A stretch of 64,000 nt of DNA from Cyanophora paradoxa CCMP329 (Eukaryota; Plantae; Glaucophyta). Made by a program: the position numbers and the translations under genes. Below the pieces are notes generated by a model. That model searched no databases. It was not told where the DNA came from and saw only the letters and a program-made list of their open reading frames with translations. Positions 36,801-48,588 of the stretch are shown here, piece after piece. The stretch covers positions 78,028 to 142,027 of the forward strand of contig QPMI01000230.1 in NCBI GenBank assembly GCA_004431415.1, given 5' to 3'. Position 1 is the first letter of the stretch; each line of letters starts with the position of its first letter.

Positions 36801-37827
36801 CCCCTCCGCCCCTCTCGGCTTCGAACCCGCGCGTCCCCGCAGGCCTGCGCGGCGGGGCCCTCGCCCGGGGCCGGCCTCACCGACTGCCCCGGCGCCTGCT
36901 CCGGTACCCCGCTTCCCCGCGCTCGCCTCCCGGTCCTCACTCGCCGTCGGGCGGCAGGCCACGGCATCTGCATCGACGCGGTCTGCCGGTCCGCGCCCCC
37001 GCCCTGCTTCCTCCCAGTGAGCGCCCCTCCGAGCGGCGCGGGGCGCAGGTGCGACGAGGGGTACGAGGGGGAGGAGTGCGGGCGGCGGGCGTGCCCGGCC
37101 TCGTGCCGGGCGCCCAGCGGGGCCTGCGACGGGGCCACGGGCGCCTGCGTCTGCGCCCCCGGCTTCACCGGCGCAGACTGCTCCAAGGGTCCGACGCCCT
37201 GCGGGGCGCCTCCTCTCCCGCCCTCGCCGCCCCTCTCACGCCTGCGCGGCAGACTCCTCGGCGGTGCTCGTGCCGGGCCTCCCGCAGCTCTTCCCCCTCC
37301 AGCCCGCCGCATCCACCCGCTTCCTCCGCCTTCCCCCGCCCCCGGGCCCCGCCGCCTCCCCGCCCCTCCCCGCCTCCCTCCTCCTCCGCGCCCTCCGCGG
37401 CCGCCTCCGCGTCCTCGCCGCCGCCTCGGCGGCCGCGGTGCGCTCGGGCAACGCGACGGACCCCGCGCTGCTCGCCACCTTCGAGCTCGACGCCGCCGCG
37501 GGGCCCCGGGAGGTGCTCGTGCCCCCCGGGGCGGGCCCCGCGGGGTTCGCGCCCCTCTACCTCGCGGCCGCCGCCCTCCCCGGCACCCCGGAGCCGCCCC
37601 TCCTCCTCGTCAACGCCACCCTCGCCTGCGACGGCCCCGCCTGCCCCGCCACCGGTGCGCACGCGCCCCCCTCTCCCGTGACGTCGGCATCGCTGACCGC
37701 GCGGCGCCTGCCAGCCGCGTGCCCGCTCTACTGCTCCGGGCGGGGTACGTGCGATCCTCTCTGGAGGCAGTGCGACTGCGAGCAGGGGTACAAGGGCCTC
37801 GACTGCGGCGACGCGGACCCCCTGTGA
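33895..37827 (+). CDS. Leishmanolysin/GP63-like metallopeptidase (M8) with C-terminal EGF-like repeats
   Basis: Signal peptide; CGDLEIPQDH; LLAYAASCQRDQKGRPIAG; HEITH; ARAHFGC...GAELEDQ|GGTGTAGSHWE; NELM (Met-turn); ITLALFQDSGW|Y; EGF-like CSG(H/R)GxC...CxC repeats. Confidence 0.92.
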
Positions 37828-37973
37828 GCACCCGCCCCGCAACCCCCACCCCCCGCCAACTCCGAACCTGCCCAAATGTACACCATGTAATCTACTAAGC
37901 TTACTCTACAAATAACAACAATCCTAAACGTTGGCTATGGCGGGCAAACTTGCAGTTGAAAGGACGCGGGGAA

Positions 37974-38799
37974 TCAGGAGCAGGCGCAGCAGAAGTCGAG
38001 GAACGATTTCTCCCTCTGCGCGTGGGCAGTGCAATCAGGCCCCTGCTCGCTGGGTGGAGCGGGCTTTCAAAAATCCGCGATAGCTCGTTCTGAGTGGCGG
38101 GGCGGACCGGGGCCTCGTGGGGGGCCTTCCTGCGGGTGGCGCGCTCGAGCTCGGCCTCACAGAAGTCGCGCAGCTCGAGCAGCTGGAAGCGGTCCGCCGC
38201 CAGCAGCACCTCCAGCAGCGTCCCCAGCGCCTGCCCCCGCCCCGAGCTCTCAGCGCGCCGAGAAGACGTTCAAGGGAAGCGGAGGCGCGCCAGGGTGCGG
38301 CCGTCGGCGAGGGTTCCGTGGTAAAGGTAGATGAGGACGATCTCCATCACCTGCGCGGCTCCGGGTCTGTGTGCGCCCGGCCGGCAGCGCCCACGGCCGC
38401 GGTCGATTTGATTCGGGAGCGTTAACGTTTAGCTAGCTTAGCTACACGCCGCCGTGGCGCGCATCATGCGACTGGGCGAAGATAGTTACGAAGTGACCCC
38501 CGCGTCTAACGGCCGTGTAACTGCCGTGTAACTGCCGCAGATCCAGAGCGCATGTTGCGCACGTCAGATGTGATCTCCTCGACGACGATGCGTCCCGCGT
38601 GGTTCTCATTCAGGATCGCTCTGAACGCCGGGCTGCGCGACGCGAGGACGTGCCTGTGGGCCGGCAGCGACCCGCCGTCCGCGGCCGTGAAGACCTCCAA
38701 ATCGTAGCGCCCCCCGTGGAAGCCGCTGAATGGAGACTGCACGCCCCGGAGCGGACTGCTCGCTTCGTGATGCGCCGCTTGCGGGCGCCTGCTCAGCAT
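37974..38799 (-). CDS. Small BTB/POZ protein ending in a CaaX-like motif
   Basis: YDLEVFTAADGGSLPAHRHVLASRSPAFRAIL...IVVEEITSD|VMEIVLIYLYHG...LLLAADRFQLLELRDFCE-type BTB core; the last exon reads REKSFLDFCCACS*. Confidence 0.85.
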
Positions 38800-38966
38800 T
38801 GGCGGGACCTGTGGTCCTGAGGCGTGCTGGCTGTGCCTGAGGGGGGGTAGAGAGGCCAGGCGTTGATAGCAGCGGTGCCAGCGGATAGCTCCGCGTTCGG
38901 CTATTCGCCGGCGTGCTCGGCTCGGAGTTGTCTGGGGCTGCATCTGCAGCGGCGCGTGTCGAAGAA

Positions 38967-41269
38967 ATGCAGCCCGGAGGCGCGGGCGTCCGCTCGGCCC
39001 TCGTCGCGGCGCTCCTCGTCGCGACGCTCCTGCCGCTGGCGTCGGCGGGCATGACGATGAACATGACGGCGCCGGCCGCGACGACGGTGATCGCCGAGGC
39101 CTGCGTGGCGAACCCCTCGATGGCGTCGTGCGCGTCCTTCCAGCTCCCCTCGTCCGCCGTCGCCGCCGACTCGACGAGCCTCTGCTCCGCCATGGATTTC
39201 ATGTGCGCCGCCCGCTGCCCGCCGCCGCCGCCGGCCGCCCGCCGGCGCTCAGCCGGCCCGGCCGCAGGGTCGGCTGCTCGATCAAGAAGGCGTGCGCGAA
39301 GGGCGCCGGGGGCAGCGCCGCGGCGGCCCCGGGAGGCATCTGCAGCGGCATCAGCGCCGTCTCCCACACGTGCAGCAACGACGGGCGCGCCGGCCGCCGC
39401 CCCACCGGCCGCCTCGCCTCGCTCAACCGGCGGCGGCGCGCAGGACGATGCGGATGATGCAGGGCTGCGCCAACTGGAACGCCATGTGCGCCGCCGGCTC
39501 GGCCGTCCAGCAGGTGCCGCCTCTGTCTCGCTCGCCGCGCCTCGGCTGCTCTCTGAGGCGCGGCCCGGGCGGCAGTGCACGGAGGCGAAGGCGGCGACGA
39601 GCATGTTCCCGACGACCGAGCAGGTCAACGAGCGCGTCCAGGTCCCATCCCCCGCCCCCCCGCTGCCCCGCCCGACCGCACCGCGGGGCCGACCCCGCTC
39701 GCAGGGCATCTGCAGCGAGATGAGGATGGTCCGTGCCGCGGCCTCGCTGCCCGCGGCGCCGGGGGCCACCGGCCGCCGGGGCCGCCCCGCCGACGCCGAC
39801 GCCGGGGCCGCGGGGCGCAGGACGGGTGCGAGAAGTGCGCCCCCGTCGGCAAGTGGCTCCAGTGCGACATCCAGGCCGTCTACGGCCAGGTCCGCGCGCC
39901 CCTCCGCTCGGCGTCGCCCGCCTTCGAGCGCAGCCCCCGCGCAGCTGTGCTCCGCCATGCCGAACATGAAGCAGTGCGACCTGTGGTGCGCCCCCCCCCC
40001 CCCCCTCGCTTCGGGCCCGGATCCCGACGGGTCCACCCCAGGAGCGCGACGTGCGGGAAGCTCACGGGCGACTGGACGCCGATCGGCTGCCCCGCCCCCG
40101 CCGGCTCCGCCTCGATCAGTACCCCCGCCCCCTCCATGATCATGTACTTCCACGTGCGCGTACCCCTCCGCCGCCTTTCCGTCGCCGGTTCGAATCGCGG
40201 CGGGGCAGGCCGGGATCAACGAGTACATCCTCTTCAAGAGCTGGGTCCCCAAGACCGACGGCGAGATGGTGCGCCCTCCCCCCAAACCCCCACCCCCGTG
40301 CTGCCGTACCCCTCCCAATTCCCCCCCCCCCCAGGTGGGGGCGTGCGTGGCGGTCTTTCTGCTGGCGATGACGTACGAGCTCCTGAACAACGTGCGGCCC
40401 CTCGCCGAGCGCAAGGTACCCCCCTCCCTCCCCCCACCGCTCCCCTTCGGGCCGCGCTGAGACCCCTCGCCCTTCGCCCCCGCGCAGGTCGCCGCCCGCC
40501 GCCGCGCGCGCGCCCTCGCCGCCGCCTGCGGCTCCGGCTCCTGCCCTCCCCGCACGGCGCGCCGCCCCCGCCCGCCGATCCCCCGCGCCGCCCTCCCTGA
40601 CGCGAGGGGCCCCGCAGACGACGCAGTGGTTCGTGGCGCAGCCGTCGGGGGCCTCCCCCGAGGCCGGCGCCGCCGTCGTGCCGGGCCAGGGCCCCCCCGT
40701 CCTCTCCGGCGTCAGCGTGGCGCGCCCCTCGCCGCCCCGCCCCGCCCCGCCCCCGCGCACACGATCTGATTGCTCTCCCACGCCCCGCAGGTCTCGGAGC
40801 CGTGCCCGTGCTCCCCGGCGGCGCAGCAGGCGGCCGGGGGCGCCTCGCCCGTGGTCCTCTCGAGCCCGACCCCCGTCAAGGGCGCCCCCGCCTTCGCCCT
40901 CCCCGTCAAGCGGTGCGTCAGGCGGCCTGCAATTCGATTCGCGTCGAAGTCGAAGCCGGTGGCGCAGGACGGCCGGCGACGCCCTCGCCGACGCGGCGAT
41001 GCGATTCGTCTTCCGCCTCCTCACCGCCGGCATCGGGTGGGCCCCCGCCGTCCTCGCCGGGCGACCCGCGCCCGCGCCGAAGGTACCCCCGCAGGTACCT
41101 CTGCATGCTGGTCGCGATGACGTACAACGGGGCACTCTTCTGCATGGTAATCGCGGGGTACGCGTTCGGCGGCGCCCTCTTCGGCTGGCTCCCGGGGTAC
41201 GGCCTCGAGGAGGGCCCCGCCAAGGGGGGGGAGGTCGCCCCCGCCCCGGCCGAGGACTGCTGCTCCTAG
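38967..41269 (+). CDS. Ctr-family copper transporter with a Cys/Met-rich ectodomain (algal CTR1/2 type)
   Basis: Signal peptide; repeated CxxMxxMxxC-like motifs; MIMYFH|AGINEYILFKSWVP; YLCMLVAMTYN (MxxxM); GYAFG (GxxxG); C-terminal EDCCS*. Confidence 0.92.
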
Positions 41270-42105
41270 GGGCCCGCCCGGCCCTGCGCACGCCAGCGGC
41301 TTCTTATTCTTCAGAGTTTATTGTTTTTGTTCTTGTTGGCTAGATCGCCAGTTAGCAGGCGCCCAACCCGCGGCAGCCCAGCCAGGAGGCGCCCCGGTGG
41401 AATTCAGTCTAGCTCAGTCTACAGTACCGTAGTAGTAGTACGTCGTATCATGATCATTCTCTCGTGTCCTTTTTGCTTCGATATTGTAGCCTCAATTTAT
41501 ATTGGCACTGGAAATTATGGCGCCTGCTGAAATCGATTCCCCTGCCCTCCGGCTCGCGATCGTTCAACGGTTCCCTCCCCCCCTGCCTCATGATCACGGC
41601 ATTTCAGCCGGCGAGCTCCGATTCAGTTTGCACGAGACGCCACAGTGTGCAGGCCAGACCGTCGGACTCTGAGAGTGCACCGCCGAGTCGGAGCTCGAGC
41701 TCGAGCCTTAAGCCTGCTCAGTAGCTGATCATGAGCCTCGGAGCGATCGAGACGTCGATTTTTGATGCGTATGTGACTCTGTGAACTGAGAACTCGAACG
41801 GTCCGCCGCCCCGGCCGCTCGAATTCATGATTCGAACGTCAACTTGCCAGTTGCTTCGCGAATATTAATCGGATCCGATGATCCGAAATTCAAGCTTCAA
41901 GGCTTCGCGAATTATTCGCCGTCCGGCCCGCCGCGCCGGCCCGCCGGCGGATCGCTATCGGAGCCCGCTCGACCGTCGAGTTCAGCCTGACAGTTATACT
42001 TCGAAAACACGTTCATGTACACGTTCGATCATAGCAGAGCTCAAACTCGCCGAGTCATGGTTTAGATTACATCACAAGTACATGTACAGCGGACGTGGAC
42101 TGGGG

Positions 42106-45100
42106 TCAGATGCGGGCGGCGACCCAGGCCTTGTCGCAGGCGGGGAGCCAGCTGTCGAGCAGGGCCAGGCAGCGGTCCCCCAGGATCTCTCTGCCCGCCC
42201 CGCCCCCCTTCAGATGCAAGGGGAGCAACAAGCGGCGCAGGGCGCACCGGTCGTCGTCGGGGACGGCGAGGGCGATGGAGACGGGGAGGCCGGGCCGCAG
42301 GCGCGCCCTTCCACCCTGCACCCACAGGCTGCCCCGGCCCCGCACCCCCGTGAGCCCCGGAGCGGAGAGTGGGGGTGCGGGGGCGCGCGTGCCTGTAGGG
42401 GTGGAGGTCGGCGGTGTGGCGGACGACGTGGCGGAGCTCGAGCTGCCGGGGCCGGGCGTGGGTGAAGCTGCGAGGGGGCGGGAGCGGGGGGCGGGGCACC
42501 TTGCGGAGGCGGGGGCACGCGAGGAGCGCCTCGACCTCCCTCCGCGAGGGCCCCCGGTCCACGTACGTCTCGTACCTGCCCCCGGGCCCGCCCGCGGCCG
42601 TCGGTCAGGCGAGCCGGCTGCGAGCGAGAGACTCTGCCGAGTGCTCTAGAGCCTGCGGGCGAGCCGGGCGGGGCTCGTGCAGCGGTACAAGGGCGGGGCG
42701 GGCGCACAGGACGGCGACGAGGGCGGGGCGCGAGGCCGCCACCAGCTCCGCAAAGGCGTCTGCCCGCACGCGGCGGAACTGTAATTAGAGGAGGCGAGAA
42801 GGGGACCGCGGCGAGGCCCCGGGCTCGCACCGGGCTCGAAGGCGCAGTAGGCGGCGGGGTCGGCGTCGGGCCCGTCGGGCAGGTCCAGCTGCGGCGCAGG
42901 CAGCAGGCAGATCTGCCCCCGCGTCAGAGCGGGGAAGACGGGGCGTGGCGGGGCGGGGCGGGGGGCCCTTGCCTTGGAGAGGGCGGCGGCGGGGAGGAGG
43001 CGGCGGACGAGGGCGGCGAGGGCGCGGCAGGCGGCGGCGACGCCCTCCGTCGAGCGCCGCGCCAGCCGCACCCGCACGTGCAGCTCCCGCAGCTGCCCGC
43101 AGCGCGCCCCTCGGCCCCGCTCCGGAGCGCAGCCGGGGCGGGGCGGGGCGGGCGTGGGGCGCACGCGGGTGAGGGCGGCGAGGTGCGGCACGCCGGGGGC
43201 GCTGGAGCCGTCGACCTGCAGGCGGGGGTCGACGAGGGCGCGGGGGGCTCGGGCGCCGGGGCGGGGGCGGACGGCGAGGGAGAGGCCGGCGAGGCCCTCG
43301 AGGCGCGCCACCGCCGCCAGCGCAGCCGCCGAGAGCGCCTTCGCCCCTGCACGCCCCGATCAAGCCGGCCTCAGCCTGGAGCACGAGGGTGGAGGGGCGG
43401 CGGGGGGCGGACAGCCGAGGTGGAGCTCGCGGAGGGAGGTGGCGGCGGGGCCGGCGGCGAGGGCGGCGAGGCCCGCCGCCACGTCCTCCGCCGCCGCCGG
43501 CGTGTGGCAGTAGAGCTCCTGCAGCGCCCCCAGCGACGCGATCTGCCGCAGGCTTCGCGGGGGGTTGAGATAGAGAAGGGGGGAAGGGCGGACGTGCTGG
43601 AGGGCGCCGCGGGCGTGCCCGAAGGCGATGGAGAGGCCGAGGTTCGCGAGCGCGGGGAGGCTCTCCACCAGCGCCTGCGCCCCCGTGCACGGTGGGGCGA
43701 GGGGAGGGGAGGATGCACGGAGGGCGGGGGGCACCTGGACGTGCTCGGCCGAGAGGGTGCAGGAGCGCGGGAGGTCCAGGACCCGCAGGGCGGGCGACAG
43801 GGGGCCTGGGGGTGCGCGATTGCGGTTGAAGGGAGAGGGGAGGGGGTCTAGGGCCGGGGGCGGACCGAGGAGGGAGGCGAGGCGGGCGGGGGGCAGGGAG
43901 ATGGATGCGGTGGGGAGCCAGCGGCGGGAGGCGAGGGCCGTGCAGAGCTCGAGCTCCTGGAGGGGGGCGCGTTAGGGGCTGCTGGAGCTGACGACGGGGC
44001 GCGGGTGGACCCGACCTGGAGGCCCGTGCAGGGGAAGAGGGCGACGGCGGCGTCCTGCAGGCAGACACAGCAGTCAAATGCGAGGAGATACGCAGGGAAC
44101 GAGCTCCAGCTTGAGCGTGGAGAGCCCGGGCGAGGGGGGCGCACCTCGAGCATGTGCTCGAAGCGCATCGCCGGCTCCCAGCTTGCCAGCGCCCGCTCCA
44201 CGTACCTGGGGGGAGGGGGGGGGATCGGATGAGGGGGTACATGTGGGCAGGGCGCGGGGGGGAGAAAGGGGGAACGGGCGTACTCGGGGCTCGTCTTCCC
44301 GTAGATCGTGACGCTGCGTCGAGGGGGTACCGGTGCAAGGTCAGCTCCGCTGCGGGGCGGCCCCCGGGGAGGGGTGCGGGGCGGACCTGACGGAGGAGAG
44401 GGAGGGGAAGGCGCGGGCGGCGGCGGCGAGGAGGCCGCCGAGCTCCGGCACGAAGTGCGCGAACGCCCGCGCGAACTCCACCTGCGCCCCGGCTCGAGCC
44501 CCCGCGGGGCCGCCCGGCTTCAGGGGCGGGGCGGGGCACCGAGCGCTGCGGGAGGTCGTCGGCGGCGAACTCGTCCGGACCGGATTCGAACTCGTCGTCG
44601 TCGGGGGTGAGGAGCAGCACCTGGGAGGCGGGGACCCGCGGGGTCAGACGGGACCGGACTGCACTTGGAGGTCTCTGCGGGGGGGCGCCTCGAGGCGGTT
44701 GGCGGAGAGGAGCTGCTCGCTGAGGAGGCGCTCGGTCCAGTTCCAGAGCACCGGCTTCCACCGGCAGCTGCACGCCGCCCCCGCCGCCTGCGCCGCGTCC
44801 ATGTCCGCCCCTGCGCCCGCCCCCCGAGCCCCCAGCGAGCTCAGCCGCGGGTCCGGCCCGGCGCGCCCGCGCGCGACGCTTCGTGGATCCAAGGCACCGG
44901 CGTAGACGCAGCGCTCCGCGGGCGCTTCGGTGCCCTCGGCGCCGCCCTGCGGCCCGCTTTTCTTCTCGCGGCCGAAGAGCTCGGCGCATATCTTGAGGCT
45001 CGGCCAGGCGACGCTGTACAGGAGCCGCTGGAAACGGCGGCTGACCTGCGAGCCCGGCGTGAGCGCGGCGCGGCGCAGCGCAGCGCGTTCGGCTTGTTTA

Positions 45101-45530
45101 GATGAATCACGCGCGCGCCTGGCCCACGCCGCTCTCGAACGCGTCCTCGGCGCCGAGCATGACGAAGACCCTCTGAATGAGGTCGTCCTGCGCGGCGCCG
45201 ACAGCTCGGTGGGACCCCCGTGGGCGCAGGAGGTCACGTACGTACCGGGAGCAGGTCAAAGGGAGAGGCCGGCTCGGCCGCTGCCGGCCGCACGCAGCTG
45301 GCGTTCGAAGTTTCCTCTTGAAGAGTCCTGAGCGCGGCCTCGGCCAAGGACTCTTCTTCTTGTCGTCGACGTTTCGCTGCACTTCCAAGTCTGCCAAGCG
45401 TGGCCTCTAGTTCCGCCTCCGCCAGCTCCAGCGTGCTGCCGGGCTCCGCGCGCGCCGGCTCCGCGGCCGCGGCCGTATCCATCCGGCGCTTCCCTCCAGC
45501 CCTCAAAAGTCCAGCTAAACGTCGGAACAT
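42106..45530 (-). CDS. F-box protein with degenerate LRR/RNI-like repeats (paralog B1)
   Basis: SPFDLLP|DDLIQRVFVMLGAEDAF...|VSRRFQRLLYSVAWP; LQELY, LRELHL and LRELHV repeats; C-terminus GDRCLALLDSWLP. Confidence 0.8.
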
Positions 45531-45625
45531 AGCGCGCGCCGCCGCGCGGCCGTGCGCGCGAAGAAGTTAGAGGGGGTCTTGCCGGGAGCGGGTACACGCT
45601 TTTCGGTTTAGGCACTAACTCTGCG

Positions 45626-48215
45626 ATGAGCCGGCGAAGCCAAGCGAGCTTCGCCGTCGTCGCGGCACCGGCCGTGACCGGCAGCAGTCACACGGGCGTC
45701 GCGCGGACCGCCGTCTCCGCGTTCGGCGCCCCAATAGTTATCCGGACGGCCGCCGAGCGCAGCGCCGTGTGCTGGCGATGCTACGTCGACAAATCGCCTG
45801 TTCGGGCCGTCGGCGTGCACCGACGCATGCGTCCGAGCCGCCAGTTTGTGTGCACAGCGTCTGCGGCGCCCCTACCGGGCGGTCCTACCCCGAACGAGCG
45901 GAGGCGACGGCCGAGCTTCCGCATGCCTCCGATTGTCGCTCAGCGGGCGCGCGCGCTCGAAGCCATCGAGGCGGTCCTTAAGCAGCTCGGCCGAAGCGTC
46001 CTCCGCGCTCTCCGGCAGCGGCTGCTTGATCTCCTCCGGCGCCCGACGCGCCGGCCGCTGCTGGCGGTGGTGGACTCGTCCTCGGGAGGCGGCACGACGG
46101 CGGCGGCGCACGCGGAGGCGGCCGCGGAGGAGGAGGAGGTGGAGGCGGAGGTCGGCCGCGCCTCCGAGTTCGTCGCCTCCGACGTCCCCTCCATCGACGT
46201 GCGCCCCTCCTCTCCACTCGCCCCCACCCCCGCCCCCGCCGCGCCCCGCGGGGACCCGCAAGGGGCGACTCGGCCCCGCGGGGATGCGGGCATGGGCGGC
46301 GCCCCTCGGGGCGCGCAACCGACGCGCGCGGGCGCAGGTCGCTTTGACGGTCGGCGAGGTGGTCCAGATGCTGCATCAAACACACGAGGCCTCCTGCGAC
46401 GTCCTGCCCCGTGCGCCCCCGCCCCGTCCCGCCGCGCCGCGCCGCGCGCGCCGCCGCCGCCGAGCCGCGTGCGGGGGCAGGGTGCCACCTGGAGCGGCTG
46501 TACGTGACGGCGGACCACGAGACGGCGGTGGAGATCGTGGAGAAGCCGGCGGCGCGGGAGGAGCGGGAGGCGGGCGAGGGGGCGCGGAGCCCGGCCTCCC
46601 CCGCCTCGCCCGGCTCCCCCGCCGACGCCAAGGAGCTCGTCGGCTTCATCTACCTCGACGACCTGGTACCCCCCCGCCCCCCCCCCCCCTCCACCCGCAC
46701 CCCTTCCTTCGCAGGAGCTGACGCCGGGGCGCGCGCGCGGGGCAGCTGCTGAACCCGCCCTCGACGCCCGTCCGCCAGATCCTCCACCGCAACGAGCTCG
46801 TCATCAACGTGCGCCCCCGCGCACCGCACGCCCCGTCAGAGCGCGCGCGTACCCCCGCCGACCCGCGTACCCCCCGCAGGTGCACGAGAAGCGGCAGCAG
46901 TTCGTCCGCAACATCCTCAAGATGGGCCTCCCCAACGCCCCCGTCGTCGACGACTTCGGCCGTTTCGTCGGTCCGCGCGCCTCGCCCCGTACCCCCGGCC
47001 GCAACCGCGCCACCCCCGACCCTCCGTGCCCGGCAGGGATCGTCACCGCGAGCGACGTCGCGACCATCGTGGACGAGGACGCCGGTTCGAGTCCCCGCGG
47101 CGGCGCTCCGCGCCGGGGGCGGGGCCGGGGGTCTGAGGCGGGGGCCCGGGGCAGCGGACGACGTGCTGCGGATGTCGGGGGTGGCGGTGTCGAGCCCGTC
47201 GGCGGCCGTGCGCTCCTACTTCGAGACCCCCTTCCACGAGATGATCAAGCAGCGCCTCCCCTGGCGCGCCCGGCCCCCCTGCCTCCCCCGACCGCCCCTG
47301 ATGGCGCACCCCCGGGCAGGCTCGGCGGCCTGCTCGTCCTCCAGTCCGTCTCCTCCTTGTGCGGCGCACCCCCCCGCCCGCCTCGCGCGGGCCTCGGGGC
47401 GCTGAGGGCGCGGGGCCAGCATCCTGGCGGGCTACGAGGACCTCATCTCCAAGCACCTCGCCATCGCGGTCCCCGCCCCCGCCCGCCCTCCCCGCCGCCC
47501 CCGGGCCCCTCGTGACATCCCCCGGCGCAGCTCTTCCTGACGATGCTGATCGGCACGGGGGGCAACTCGGGGAACCAGAGCTCCGCCCTCGTCGTCCGCG
47601 GCCTCGCCACCGGTGCCCCCGCCCCCCGCCCCTCGCCCCTCGCCCCCCCCGGCCGACGGCGCGGGGCGGGCAGGGGAGATGGAGGGGGTGCGCCCGGCGC
47701 TGCGCGTCCTCTGGCGCGAGTTCCGCCTCTCCCTCGTCATGGCCACGTCCGCCCGCCCCGCCCCGCCCCAGGCCCCCAGGCCCCCAGGCCCCTGCGCTCG
47801 TCCTCGCCCCCTGACCCCTTCCCTCGCGGCGCAGGCTGCTGGGGAGCATCTCGTTCTGCCGCGTGGCGGCGACGCCGCACGCCTCCTTCATGGACGCCGT
47901 GCGCGGGCCCCGGCCCGGCCCGGCCCGGGCGGCGCTGGAGCTGACGGCGGCGCCGCAGGTCGCCATCTCCATCTCCGTCTCCCTCGTCGTCATCTCCGCC
48001 ATGACCCTCGGTGCGCGCCCCCGGCCCCGCCCCCCCCGCCCCCGATCCCAGCGCCCGTGCGAGGGCGGCGCGGGGCAGGCACGGCGCTCCCGCTGCTGCT
48101 GAACCGCCTCAACTTCGACCCCGCGCACTCGGCGGCCCCCTTCCTCTCCACCCTCGTCGACATCGCCGGCGTCCTCATCACCTGCGCCGTCTGCTCCTGC
48201 GTCCTCGGCCGATGA
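45626..48215 (+). CDS. mgtE: MgtE-type Mg2+ transporter with CBS-like domains and a probable plastid transit peptide
   Basis: APVVDDFGRFV|GIVTASDV (CBS); QRLPW|L; MLIGTGGNSGNQSSALVVRGLATG; LPLLLNRLNFDPAHSAAPFLSTLVD. The N-terminus MSRRSQASFAVVAAPAV is Ser/Ala/Arg-rich and poor in acidic residues. Confidence 0.92.
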
Positions 48216-48588
48216 CCCGCCCCGTCCCCTCTCCTCTCCCCCCGGCGCCCGCTCCCCGGCGCCCCTCTCTCCCTTTTTTCAAGCACCTCCGCCCGGCCGC
48301 CCGCGATCTCTAGGCGGGGCGGGCGCTAGCCACCGCGCGAAAGCGCAGGTTGCGGCAAGTTGGTCTTTAACAGGTAGGGCCCGATATCGATAAAAAGCAC
48401 CCGCTCGCGTGTACTCGTTCATCTGTACTCGCTGTTGTATGTTCAAGTGCATTTCTAGGTCTAGCTATATAGCGTGACATTTGCGTCCGCCTGTACACGT
48501 GCGTGCCTGACCTGAGGGCCTACCCCCCGGCCCCCCTCCCCCCCCCGGCTGGCAGCCAATCGTCCGAAACCAGCGCACTGCGGCAGCG

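Noticed and set aside
32897-48215. Ion-homeostasis gene cluster (V-ATPase c, Ctr, MgtE)
   Set aside because: The genes are interspersed with unrelated genes, act in different compartments and share no specific motif, so chance adjacency is likely.
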